Of a stretch of 64,000 nucleotides of DNA, positions 26,801 through 34,817 are shown in pieces. The DNA lies in the IMG/VR virus record IMGVR_UViG_3300029288_000110, positions 37,759-101,758 of that record. The stretch is one strand, 5' to 3'. The position numbers and the translations under genes were made by a program. The notes under the pieces were generated by a model. It saw only the letters and a program-made list of their open reading frames with translations. It was not told the origin of the DNA and ran no database searches. This DNA comes from a virus (lineage: Duplodnaviria; Caudoviricetes). The stretch's first letter is position 1. Each line of letters starts with the position of its first letter.

Positions 26801-28790
26801 GATTCTTTCTCACACCTTCGCAATAGCGGATATAGCCCATATTGGGAATGATATCGCTGTCGGCAAGGTTGCAGCCCGCATATATCTTATTGGGTCCGAT
26901 GAGCTTGATAATGATTTTCTCTTCTTCCGTCAGCCCGGGCGGCAGTATGCCATAGGTAGAATGGCATTTGTTTATCCACGCCTTCGGATTATCCAGGATA
27001 ACATCGTTATTGAAGGCGAATACGCCTTTCTTATTTTCTTCCTTCGCCGCCTTGTTTGCTTCCGCAATAGCCTTGAGAGCGCATTCCTCTCCGACCTTCT
27101 CATTGACGCCCTTCAGATTGGAAAAGAAAAGCGCTAACTCACGGATGGAATTCAGGTCCGGCTCATACTTTGAGCACTTCCCCGTTGAGCACGCATACGC
27201 ATATTTTTTAAGGTATTTCTCAATAGTGGTGCGCCAGCTGCTTTCTCCGGGCGGCGTGACCATTATCCTATAACCCTTGGAGAGGTCCTCATCACCGATG
27301 TAGATGCCAAAGGTATTCGGCAGTGCCTTGTGCGTGATATCGTTACCGCTGACCGCCAGGCTTCCCTGAGTTCCGTTGAGGATACCCTCGCAGTAGGAGA
27401 GATTGCCGGCGTTTATATTCGATATATCGCCAACCATGGGGCACCCGCCGTAAGTTCCCTCACCCGTTAGGCGTTTGACCACAATCATGTGCATTATATG
27501 CCCGATACCATCGGAAAGACTGGTGATGTTAGCGGCCTTTCCCTGGTCGATATATTGCTGAAGATTGGATAAACTATAGGAAAGGTTGCTATCCGGCCAT
27601 TTGTTCTTCTTGAGAATCTTTTCAAATTCATCACCATTTGCCTTAATGAGCTTCATGCCTTCTACGGGACTGGAATGCTCCTCCACGCCGTATTGGCTTT
27701 CGAGCGCATGGTGCTTGTCCCTTATGATGAGAAGGTTGCGGAGGTCTTCATAAATGACGTTCTTGGCATAGAGTTCCTTTTCCTTCTTGAGCTCTGAATA
27801 AAGAGTACCCCAAGCAAGCTGATTCTGTGGAGCATTTTGCCAAACGTCCTCTCCATATTTCTCGTTATACTTCTTTGCTATCTCCCACGCCTTATCCCTA
27901 ACGACCTCAAAGAAGTCCGGGTTGGAAGAGCCCTGAGCGACATCGCCATTAAGCAGCAGGGAGAAGTAGGTGCCGAGCATCTTGACATCCTCATCCTTCT
28001 TCTCGCCCCAGCAATAGAGCTCGGTTTGTCCGTGGTAGTTCTTGGTATCATTAAGGCCGAGAGAGCACTCCAGACCTTCAAGCTCAAGACGTTGCCTTAC
28101 GCCCTTCATGCGGTTAGGAGAGCCGGCATAAGACGGACCTGATTCGCTATACTGAATGGCTAACTTGGTCTGATTGGGGCCGATACTCATGAAAGAGGGT
28201 TTAACCTTGTGGCACCCAAGGGAGTGCTGCACCTGCGTGGGGTAGGTTACGACCTTAGACTTGCCGTTAAAATCCAGCTTCTTCATCGTGGTTTGCAGAA
28301 CGAGGGCCTTACCGGATATCGGAACGACGCCGCCGCAATATTTACTCACTGCGACAGCATCATCGCCTTTAAATGATTTGACCTCGCAACCCTTGAGGTG
28401 GGTGACATCACCGGCGGAGGCCAAAGCTGCATCATGGATGGCGTTTGATGCGAAGTTTAGAATTTTCTCCTTGATAAGCATCAGAGCATTATAAGGTAAA
28501 TAAATATCGCCGCCATCTGGTTTATAGATAGCAAGCGCATCATCCAACCCTTTAACCCATGCCTTTACCTGGTCGGAAAATATCTTCAGCTTCGGATATT
28601 TTTCCATGATGGGAATAGAGGTATGAATCAGCTGCTGGGCATCGAGCAGGATGTTTGCCGGCAGATGGGCGATATCCTCTTCTTTAACATGCTTCGACTC
28701 GATATTGGACATGAGCGTGTGAAGTTTGAAATCAATATCCATTAGGGTATCGAAGTCTTTTGCATGTTGTGCTTGTCCGACGGTAGGCAT
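20829..28790 (-). CDS. giant modular protein (five Cys-pair domain repeats, many winged-helix-like repeats)
   Basis: 2653-aa ORF; GC-x(n)-YC.G motif five times. Confidence 0.9.
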   Translation of the reverse strand: MPTVGQAQHAKDFDTLMDIDFKLHTLMSNIESKHVKEEDIAHLPANILLDAQQLIHTSIPIMEKYPKLKIFSDQVKAWVKGLDDALAIYKPDGGDIYLPYNALMLIKEKILNFASNAIHDAALASAGDVTHLKGCEVKSFKGDDAVAVSKYCGGVVPISGKALVLQTTMKKLDFNGKSKVVTYPTQVQHSLGCHKVKPSFMSIGPNQTKLAIQYSESGPSYAGSPNRMKGVRQRLELEGLECSLGLNDTKNYHGQTELYCWGEKKDEDVKMLGTYFSLLLNGDVAQGSSNPDFFEVVRDKAWEIAKKYNEKYGEDVWQNAPQNQLAWGTLYSELKKEKELYAKNVIYEDLRNLLIIRDKHHALESQYGVEEHSSPVEGMKLIKANGDEFEKILKKNKWPDSNLSYSLSNLQQYIDQGKAANITSLSDGIGHIMHMIVVKRLTGEGTYGGCPMVGDISNINAGNLSYCEGILNGTQGSLAVSGNDITHKALPNTFGIYIGDEDLSKGYRIMVTPPGESSWRTTIEKYLKKYAYACSTGKCSKYEPDLNSIRELALFFSNLKGVNEKVGEECALKAIAEANKAAKEENKKGVFAFNNDVILDNPKAWINKCHSTYGILPPGLTEEEKIIIKLIGPNKIYAGCNLADSDIIPNMGYIRYCEGVRKNPSANISAYFTSDGELHHVFHGDNAAKDEIADISITPDGKLWQVEVKNIDMKGEKLRAEAKKVMKTNWKFTCQQQGNCVTSQSLSDDQLRILAGFLSSLHQVYKLPDNCVAPSVQYALNEAMKLPKGKTAHDSIVYPFETADWTKVVCSKIPGQIMPTPPSVDKPSTEPIVTKEKVISSSYINTLLNTKGLLPLTIGGCVKINSKPLSQAKAAYCAGILTETKEKTYPHVAQLGWIDNWHSIFGNGNVVFSSKGFNLTITIPEEIAELPNVITHLTNSEYSPSSGCGFKLLSSGHYTFEKHYNKYSGSIPKAALFLSRLANVHKLPKDCQEKAVEVAWKQAKTMQISPIYPATVTEWNDEVCGVPSKPEDKILTVDEFVLALLGQPNVKKITTDEIQKYISAAGYKNTAYSVLKKLVTEGKIKHDVHEVPNLWWYEKETMPTTGITHPSLDDILAAPWNYSKIQQKVPGIEPYHKCFKEKIAQLTGYGNLVLTDYFVANNEWLSAHNMTVDKLKMIWNECVQEVQAATAEEKDAGEIEEADMVAHPWKYNMKNLHAVLKGSDIAHCFAHEVALLASSNVDKAAGLMELYPSADWIASQANEYGISGSNLKQLWAKCYKEWKEKILVKAGTKAKSDIKDLQFKAAEKAQELYTSMSKSEIEKLNSTKEYKKLPQKGKAYLHALMEQYLLDGEITGQSFDKTLEELQFFITKAQPLIPITPLMVKLQTEIEKKRLIRKGYLPAESGQVVSKKYGDLSPDEKQAVHDFIDAHENDVLILADVMEHFGLIDSPMLAQVVKDAHMKKKKRASDKLTVANIKELIKNTLTSNEDEEICEKGFYDHLVSDYSVDFADVTLAIDQLHTEHYLEFIHSTAELGECYALHPDLKTHELEVEEKPSLSPQALKNEIYSIFKQSGPTDITGLFKALEVNYTLPKGVVGTEGTVSWAIDQLKNEGLIESQGMAIFGIKEQPSTDISQLILEQKTLYYNLGDEVQHDKELLSKCKAAKAYKNLPQKCKDLIHANMNLQLLNDHQNGKSFNDTLNTVTEVVIKTFPNLTPLQVKLQLEIEKKNKIRKGELPEEKGEKPAKFFQNLKGAELSEVQDSIISDIEEGWDVENTANRIKKKYGLIETQALIDFITQKSEEYDGESSEEEEEEIEEEPKDDSQIIAEGVKKLMGKNLDEALSPYAVIDLWMQDKKLSNWGEPSHKEVLAALKKLQAQGEVVTDETGMLFTMLSPAKPLKAKGKKKEMHVPSALEIEQFIMNTFATGDHSGWTVEEMYNEAAKGWDVSLNGIKTAMDFLLKEGQLGLIKDKYYVKEAGSEESDKTSITTFSPDQLEQIKKDIATSLAGGASEAEVLKYLNDTDELAIDDALMNLVVGLSEKPKTFQEEEEEQVDSDISEGLIDYSDLSSEDEPQVDADIAKAVSVGTTKQELLIYLEEAYNLAPDNPTLNDLINKAYAKKKPAKAKKIIAESSWGGAKKDDFSLSHYLMELLKNNPEVAFTAAMAYITILNTKGVDITEAEVDEILTELVKSGHVIVYATEKKTYQWNPYQPVAGEVKQIPFSSLPDPVQSSILGMVCMMKKQGNSLVEIFDWFAKTHPHVEFGTMTKGILTNIYEKQCVDIAPKLKLWQNLTLKEQEEIAKYVYSQVGSKTGYEIISDIESIYVINPDGLPNITWLSQYAQELIEAEKTGIPPGKKIKSTKELKSVITQIFTEEPGYAWITLHGVKKSIHDKGYEVPQDDAIIPVLQDLVAAGVIDSDSDTKGWRLKKTEPKKESKTTQPTIEELVGAFKILGIGDSIGGCKVKTKLTALNGATVAYCQGVKAPAGERADANIKAYGTVVEHKTDAQTIKIISDITAGVTAVRLHYLPKEHGNWSKTLKGAKKTLTSWDFDCEDNGFDMSCGINRKGDKNGLRDTDASRIRQAAIFLSSIDKIPLLPPTCVPKAIAHAKMYAEVEGAEVEGVANNAFLTPVYPNTTKEWDELVCSAKKVKT

Positions 28791-29990
28791 TTATGAATCC
28801 TTTATAAACTTAAATATGTCGATTGGCTTTTCCACATCTTTGCCGGCGCCAATTACCAAACCAAGGCCGCATTCTTTTGCTACATCCTGGACGTTACTTT
28901 TCGTATCGTCCACGAAAATACTCTTACACGCACAGAAGTTATGCTTGCGGTTAATTTCTTCAAAAACCTTACCCTTATTCTCGTATGAATCTCTTATCTC
29001 AACGAATCTCTTATCCAGACCAAAGGCTTTGAGGAGGCGTTTGACGGACCCGGGGGTGTTGAGAGAAATTATAGTGCTCTTTATCCCCCGCTTTTCCAAC
29101 TCGTCGAGGGTCTGGCGGAAGGTTGGCAGAAGAGTAATGCGGTTTATCTCGTGTGGTTCGGATGTCGTAGGAACTGGCGGTGGGGGTAATGCGGTATAGT
29201 CTACACCAGAGGATAACCCGGCGAGAAATTCCTTATCATTCTGAGAGAGTCCTCCGACGAGTTCATCAGCGATTTCCCCTACCCCCTCCATCTCCCTGGC
29301 CCACATAGCTTCTTCATCAGAAATGCCTTTGTCATATTTGAAACCGGCCTGTTTAAGATGCTCAAACGCTTTGCTACTCTTTTTGACTTCCGACTTACCG
29401 CTGAGTTCAATCACCGTATCGTCGTCTATTTTCTTCAATGGGCCGGTAACACTTCCAGCAATACCGGTTTTAAGTGTCCAAATGGTATGGTCCGCATCAA
29501 AGGCCACATGTTCGATTTGGCGTGGTTTGCACCTTTCAGGATTTTCCTGGCAGACGGTTTTGTAACTATAGGTGAATGATGGAGAAGTAGATACTGTCTT
29601 CCCGAATTTCTTATCGTAATCCTTTTTAGAAAGGCTTATTCCATCATAACCGAATACCCAATCTTCACCATATAGTTTAACCACCATGTCACGCTCAATC
29701 CAATACTTGGCGTCCTTTATGCCATGTTTCGCCATGAGGTCGATTTGCTGCTGTGTCATGGCATGTTTCTCTTTTACCGGTGTGGGTAGTTGGGGAACGG
29801 ATTTCTTCTCGGGTTTTTTGTATATATCGGAGGTTATTTCTTCTACCGTACCGGTTGGCGATATGGTGAAACCGTATTTACCGGCGCTGACAACGATAGT
29901 ACCATCTGGCTTTTGGTAATCCACTTTAGCCGCAGTGCCGATATGGTCAAGAGCCTCTCGCTGCTTGACAGATATCTTATATTCCGGCAT
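28791..29990 (-). CDS. HAD-superfamily Mg-dependent phosphatase (Mdp-1-like) with N-terminal extension
   Basis: AFDADHTIW and IFVDD motifs. Confidence 0.8.
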   Translation of the reverse strand: MPEYKISVKQREALDHIGTAAKVDYQKPDGTIVVSAGKYGFTISPTGTVEEITSDIYKKPEKKSVPQLPTPVKEKHAMTQQQIDLMAKHGIKDAKYWIERDMVVKLYGEDWVFGYDGISLSKKDYDKKFGKTVSTSPSFTYSYKTVCQENPERCKPRQIEHVAFDADHTIWTLKTGIAGSVTGPLKKIDDDTVIELSGKSEVKKSSKAFEHLKQAGFKYDKGISDEEAMWAREMEGVGEIADELVGGLSQNDKEFLAGLSSGVDYTALPPPPVPTTSEPHEINRITLLPTFRQTLDELEKRGIKSTIISLNTPGSVKRLLKAFGLDKRFVEIRDSYENKGKVFEEINRKHNFCACKSIFVDDTKSNVQDVAKECGLGLVIGAGKDVEKPIDIFKFIKDS

Positions 29991-29993
29991 GTT

Positions 29994-30779
29994 TTACTCA
30001 CTCCCCGGAAGCAATGTCCTGACTTCCTCTCTAGCTTTCTCTAGAGATATTTCTCCCCTTTTTACACGCTTGGCGAGTTGGATGACAGGATTAAGATTAA
30101 CACCGTTGGCCTGGAGCCGGCGTAGGTAGGCTTCCATGGACTTTATCTTATCGTCATCTGGCACTGGTTCCTCCACGGACGATATGTGATATTCTGTTGC
30201 CTTGACAATTGATGGCTTTTCCATTCGCATAAGGGCCTGCTTGAATTCTCTCGAAACTTCGATTGCCTGGGCGGCTGTCCTCTCCAATTCCTGCACGGAC
30301 TTTATCTGGCCGATGTTCTGGCGAAGCTCCCTGATTTTCTGCATGAATGGTTCGATGAATTCCTGCTCTTCCCTCGGTGAATTTTGGATAGATTCCGGCG
30401 AAAGGTCAATGCGCTCCATGATGTTGATTTCTCTTTCGGCTGCATCAATACGCCGCATCGACTCATCACTGTCAACGCCGTCCTTCCGGGCAAAACGAAG
30501 AGCTTCATCCAGCGCTCCTGAAATAGTAGTAAGATGCGAACGAGAGCACGCCATGCAACTTGTGGCCACTCCCTTCTTTTCCCCCGCCGTATCGGCGGTT
30601 ATTACCGGGTTGGGACATTCGGGAAGCGATAGGGGAGGAGCAGGCACGATGAAGAGCTTGGAATAATCCGGCGTAGATTGCCGAAGCAATGAGTAGTCTA
30701 TTACCGGGGCTTTCGGTGGAGGTATGAGCTTTGTCAAAACTTGAATTACTTGCAGCACGCCATTAAGTGAAATTGCCAT
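29994..30779 (-). CDS. helical hypothetical protein with CxxC
   Basis: SCMACSRSH; first gene after the promoter. Confidence 0.75.
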   Translation of the reverse strand: MAISLNGVLQVIQVLTKLIPPPKAPVIDYSLLRQSTPDYSKLFIVPAPPLSLPECPNPVITADTAGEKKGVATSCMACSRSHLTTISGALDEALRFARKDGVDSDESMRRIDAAEREINIMERIDLSPESIQNSPREEQEFIEPFMQKIRELRQNIGQIKSVQELERTAAQAIEVSREFKQALMRMEKPSIVKATEYHISSVEEPVPDDDKIKSMEAYLRRLQANGVNLNPVIQLAKRVKRGEISLEKAREEVRTLLPGSE

Positions 30780-30799
30780 GTTCTTACCTCCTGGCCATG

Positions 30800-30828
30800 A
30801 TTATAACCCCAAGGGGCATGTTTGTCCA
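30800..30828 (-). promoter_or_regulatory. sigma70 promoter of the leftward operon
   Basis: TGGACA-17-TATAAT. Confidence 0.65.
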
Positions 30829-30992
30829 GATGTGATAATCCGGTCCTTTTCTACCCGTTGTTTTCTCCAATGGTGTAAATTGATAACATCGGGATTAGTT
30901 TTACATCTCATCCTTTTATATATCGTCTAACCCATGGTTTACACCTATGGCCGGATTAGCTATTTGTTTTACAATATCGCTTTACTCTATAC

Positions 30993-31021
30993 TTGACTTT
31001 TATTTACATCATCTCTATAAT
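30993..31021 (+). promoter_or_regulatory. sigma70 promoter of the rightward block (probably leaderless mRNA)
   Basis: TTGACT-17-TATAAT; ATG begins 7 nt downstream. Confidence 0.7.
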
Positions 31022-31027
31022 CTCAAT

Positions 31028-31756
31028 ATGGTGAAAAAGAAGCAGCCAAAAAAGCTCAGCTGGAACCCTAAACAAATCGAAGTCGCAAAGCTCATCGTGG
31101 CGGGTAAATTGAATGGTAAACAAATGGCGGAAACAGCTTCTGTTTCTGAGGGGTATATCTCTCAAGTAAAAGCCGCTTTGGATTCTGGCCAGATTCCACC
31201 GGTAAGTGTAAATTCCGAAGTTGAAGAAGATGTAAATCCCGCTGTGCCACTGAATGAATACCCTGCAAATGAATTAGTCGAAGAAGCGCAGCCGGAAGAA
31301 GAATTATTCCCCGAAAATGAAGACTCTCCGGCTCCACCTCCAAAAGAAAAATCTCAAGCAAAATACCCTCTTACTTCTGTAAAGAATGCGAATGCCAAGG
31401 TTAGTATGCCAGGCGTAGCATCAGCCCTTAAGCTAGTCCAGGTGCCAGTCGTCTGCCCTCTTACCCCTATCATGATGAACGCCCGGGCGGTAGCGCAATA
31501 TGAGTTGGGATGGATTCCAGATATGCCGTGGGAGGATTTTATTGATACTGTCTTTTATCATTATTTTAAAGCTCTCGGCTTTACGCTCCAAGGATATATA
31601 AAAGATAAGGTAGTGGAGGAAGCGGAATCCACCAAAACCTCTGTGCAATCTCAAAAAGTGTCTGGTAATGGGGGTACACATCTATCACCAGATGAAATGA
31701 AAGAATTAGCCAAGCAAACAGCCTCTTATATCATAGCTTTAAGTCAAGGAGGATAA
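31028..31756 (+). CDS. HTH DNA-binding protein
   Basis: NPKQIEVAKL...KQMAETASVSEGYISQV helix-turn-helix. Confidence 0.75.
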   Translation: MVKKKQPKKLSWNPKQIEVAKLIVAGKLNGKQMAETASVSEGYISQVKAALDSGQIPPVSVNSEVEEDVNPAVPLNEYPANELVEEAQPEEELFPENEDSPAPPPKEKSQAKYPLTSVKNANAKVSMPGVASALKLVQVPVVCPLTPIMMNARAVAQYELGWIPDMPWEDFIDTVFYHYFKALGFTLQGYIKDKVVEEAESTKTSVQSQKVSGNGGTHLSPDEMKELAKQTASYIIALSQGG

Positions 31757-31757
31757 A

Positions 31758-32744
31758 ATGCCTGTGCAAGAAACACCGAATGGTAGAATCGAAAAGCAAA
31801 TTGTGCCACCGATGAATGTAGGTAATCAACAGACTTCTTTTGTAGATGATGTGTTGAAAATCCGCCAGCAAGTGGCAGCGGAGAACATTGCCAAGAGTAG
31901 TTTTGGTAGTGGAGGAGCATCGGCAACTGATACTCTTGCGACTTCCATAGTGACGAAGGCACTGGAAAATCTCAATAAAGCGGAGGAACGGTATGCTTCA
32001 GACGCCCAGAAAAGCCGGCAGGATGCTATAGCCGCCGGAGCTGCACTGGAGAAAGCCAAGGAAGATGTCTATAAAGTCCAGATGGATTCTATGAAGATGA
32101 TGTTGGAAAGGCTGGAAAAGGCCCAGGCAGATGTGAGAGCTGGAGCGGCGGCGCCTAAATCGGTTTCTGATGCCATCAAGGAAGCCCAGGAGCTCGTTGC
32201 CATAATAAACGGTGGACGTGGTGAGGCGAATACGTTACGCCAACCTCCGACCACGGATATTTCAACTCAAATCTCACTCCTTAAACTCCAGCAAGAACAC
32301 GAAATGGCTATGAAGAAAATCGACCTTGAAATGTTGAAGATGAAGCAAGATGCGGACATCAAGATGCTGGAATTTAAAGATAACCGGGACCAGAAACTCC
32401 GGGAGTATGAAGACAATAGGAAATTCAAAGGCGATGCCATGAGCACTCTGGAAGATATCGCCGCTGCCGCTGCCGCTGCTACTGGTAGCAGTGGGGATAA
32501 AGAAGAGATGTCCTTTAGTGCTGAAGGGCATGATGAGGTTCGAGTGTCGAAGTCACCAAAATTTAAGCCGGGACCTCCGGCATCTTTGGCGCAAACTCCC
32601 CCAGCAGAGAGTGCAACGTATGAAGCTACGCTGCTTTCATTCCCCTGCCAGTCCTGCAAAACAGAAGTTTTAGTTCCTGAAGAGGGTGGAGGAGTCGTCT
32701 GTTCTAACTGCGGAGCAAAATATAACGTGGACAAGAAATTATGA
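31758..32744 (+). CDS. coiled-coil protein with C-terminal Zn ribbon
   Basis: Long helical heptads; CQSC...CSNC. Confidence 0.8.
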   Translation: MPVQETPNGRIEKQIVPPMNVGNQQTSFVDDVLKIRQQVAAENIAKSSFGSGGASATDTLATSIVTKALENLNKAEERYASDAQKSRQDAIAAGAALEKAKEDVYKVQMDSMKMMLERLEKAQADVRAGAAAPKSVSDAIKEAQELVAIINGGRGEANTLRQPPTTDISTQISLLKLQQEHEMAMKKIDLEMLKMKQDADIKMLEFKDNRDQKLREYEDNRKFKGDAMSTLEDIAAAAAAATGSSGDKEEMSFSAEGHDEVRVSKSPKFKPGPPASLAQTPPAESATYEATLLSFPCQSCKTEVLVPEEGGGVVCSNCGAKYNVDKKL

Positions 32745-33073
32745 AATTCGATATGACAGCGGCAGCTCGTGCGTTTATCAGCAGGAAAGCCACCCGGTTA
32801 ATCAGGACATTTCTTGCAGCTTTTACGCAGAGACAATTGGAGTTGTTCATTCAGCAACATAAGTTCATTACGGACTTTATACCGGAACAAAAACGGCAAA
32901 GTTTGAAGGCGAAAGCTAAGCCATATGTTGACATAATTGCAAAGTTCACAATTTCAGAAGCCTATCTTTGGATTCCTTTGGAGTATCGCACTTTCCTCGA
33001 ATCAACACCTGGCGGCAAAGAGTGGGCTATCGCTGAGTTAGAGCATATAAGAGAGTTTCTCCTGGATGCTTGA
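32741..33073 (+). CDS. hypothetical helical protein
   Basis: ATGA overlap with the upstream gene. Confidence 0.7.
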   Translation: MKFDMTAAARAFISRKATRLIRTFLAAFTQRQLELFIQQHKFITDFIPEQKRQSLKAKAKPYVDIIAKFTISEAYLWIPLEYRTFLESTPGGKEWAIAELEHIREFLLDA

Positions 33074-33099
33074 CGAGGTGGTTTATTTTACCTTATACT
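33070..33099 (+). promoter_or_regulatory. sigma70 promoter overlapping the upstream TGA
   Basis: TTGACG-18-TATACT. Confidence 0.6.
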
Positions 33100-33106
33100 C
33101 ATGTTT

Positions 33107-33226
33107 ATGACAACGAAAGAAAAGGCACTGCTCGGTGCCCTTGCCTTATCTTTTATTAGCTCTTTGGCAGCCAATCTTATTGTTAATTATATCAATAAGA
33201 AGGCTTTACAGAAGGCTTCACAATGA
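33107..33226 (+). CDS. 39-aa membrane peptide
   Basis: Hand translation; one TM helix; ATGA overlap with the next gene. Confidence 0.6.
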   Translation: MTTKEKALLGALALSFISSLAANLIVNYINKKALQKASQ

Positions 33227-33873
33227 AATTACCGCAAGCAGCAGATAACCAAGCAGTAATCGCTCGACCCGGCGGCGAGGCTATATGGATTACTGATATC
33301 ATTACGCCAAAAAATCCAGATGTTATGCTTCTCTACGATTCCCTAACCCATGGAGTTCATACTCAGATAGAAAAGATTATTTCTTGTTGGCAGTATGTAG
33401 CCTCCATCCCTTACAAGGAGATAGTAAACTCAAAATTAATAGTCCAAGGTAAATCATATACGGAAAAAGATACATGGCTTTACCCGGCGGAGGTTATTCG
33501 GCTGGCACCCGTGGCAAATTGTGCAAATAAGTCCTTTCTCCTCACATCTCTGCTAAGGAACGAGCTATCGGCAGAATCCGTAAGATGCGCTCTTGGTCAT
33601 ATTACGTTTGACGGTATTGGTGCTCATGCGTGGGTCTGTATGGATATACCAGAAGGTAGTTTCGTTTTAGAGACTACTGTGGATAATTTAGAGAAAGCTC
33701 TTCTCCCTTTAAATCGGGCAGATGCTTATGACCCAATAATCTATTTCAATGATGAAGGTGTTACCACGTTATCAGACAGCCAAATATTGGAAGAACATTT
33801 TGGTTTCTGTGCGGTAAAATGGCTGAAGGAGTATATATGTGAACGATGCCTTTCTCTAAACAGCCCATCTTGA
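33223..33873 (+). CDS. transglutaminase-like cysteine protease
   Basis: ANCANKSFLLTSLLR and HAWV (catalytic Cys/His). Confidence 0.8.
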   Translation: MKLPQAADNQAVIARPGGEAIWITDIITPKNPDVMLLYDSLTHGVHTQIEKIISCWQYVASIPYKEIVNSKLIVQGKSYTEKDTWLYPAEVIRLAPVANCANKSFLLTSLLRNELSAESVRCALGHITFDGIGAHAWVCMDIPEGSFVLETTVDNLEKALLPLNRADAYDPIIYFNDEGVTTLSDSQILEEHFGFCAVKWLKEYICERCLSLNSPS

Positions 33874-33898
33874 CAGAGTGAAAGGACCGGAATATACT
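33870..33898 (+). promoter_or_regulatory. sigma70 promoter overlapping the upstream TGA
   Basis: TTGACA-17-TATACT. Confidence 0.7.
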
Positions 33899-33933
33899 CA
33901 TGATGATTGGCAATCATCTCGGCGGAGGTACTT

Positions 33934-34386
33934 ATGTCGGTCCTGATTACTGAAACTATTGATTTAAACTCTGCTACTGAACAGGAAAAAGCTCTGGCTC
34001 CGGGACTTTATGAAGCTAGGTTCTACATCAATAACCCGGTATCATCGGTAGATATCCGAGATGCTCGCCTTTATCTTAAAGAACAAGGCGTTGATGTCAA
34101 GAGCGTTTACCAGAAGAAAGTCGGCGGACTTTGGTATGTGGGGGTAAAATATGTTATTCACCCACCGTCCGAATCCATTTCTTTCTTGCCTGTTGCTGTT
34201 ATTCCTCTCATCGGATTTGCTCTTGTATCCGTGCTTGTCGGCGTCGGCATATTTAAAATTGAATCTCTCACGAATAACATTGGGAAGATACTTCTCATTA
34301 CTCTTGGCGGTACGATAGTTATCGCTGCTTTATTGAGAAAACCTATTGAACATGCTACGGCTGCGGCTGTAAAGAAGTATGTCTAA
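33934..34386 (+). CDS. membrane protein with two C-terminal TM helices
   Basis: GGAGG RBS; hydropathy. Confidence 0.75.
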   Translation: MSVLITETIDLNSATEQEKALAPGLYEARFYINNPVSSVDIRDARLYLKEQGVDVKSVYQKKVGGLWYVGVKYVIHPPSESISFLPVAVIPLIGFALVSVLVGVGIFKIESLTNNIGKILLITLGGTIVIAALLRKPIEHATAAAVKKYV

Positions 34387-34805
34387 TGGCAGAAAATACT
34401 AGGAAAACCGATTGGGTAACCCCTATTGCTATAATCGGCGGCGGAGCGGCTCTGGCTGTCGGTGCTTATTTCCTTATTAAAAAAAAGACACTCATTGAAC
34501 CAGGCGATACATATGAAGTTACGTTCTCATTCAAATATCGTGGGCCGCAGTCTAATTACCTTCTCCGGGTTACCATGGGTAATATCATCGGATGGATTTT
34601 CAATGAGGAAGAATCCACGAGAGAAGAATATCCTATTGAGCTGTCGGCCTCTACGGATTGGCAACCTTATACATTTACAGTCTCTTACCATGTTCCCGAT
34701 GTCATCGGGAACCTTAACGATATGGAATACAGTATCCGCTATGCTAACACGAACATCGTAAGTGGCGCTCGAATACTGGCTGATAATGTTGTGAACCCTA
34801 ATTAA
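34386..34805 (+). CDS. N-terminally anchored beta-sandwich protein
   Basis: TM plus KKK, then beta-strand pattern. Confidence 0.75.
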   Translation: MAENTRKTDWVTPIAIIGGGAALAVGAYFLIKKKTLIEPGDTYEVTFSFKYRGPQSNYLLRVTMGNIIGWIFNEEESTREEYPIELSASTDWQPYTFTVSYHVPDVIGNLNDMEYSIRYANTNIVSGARILADNVVNPN

Positions 34806-34817
34806 GAAGGATATCCA

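Noticed and set aside
20964-30666. Numerous plus-strand ORFs opposite the giant gene and its neighbours
   Set aside because: Antisense shadows without RBS or motifs; the same applies to most overlapping ORFs in the track
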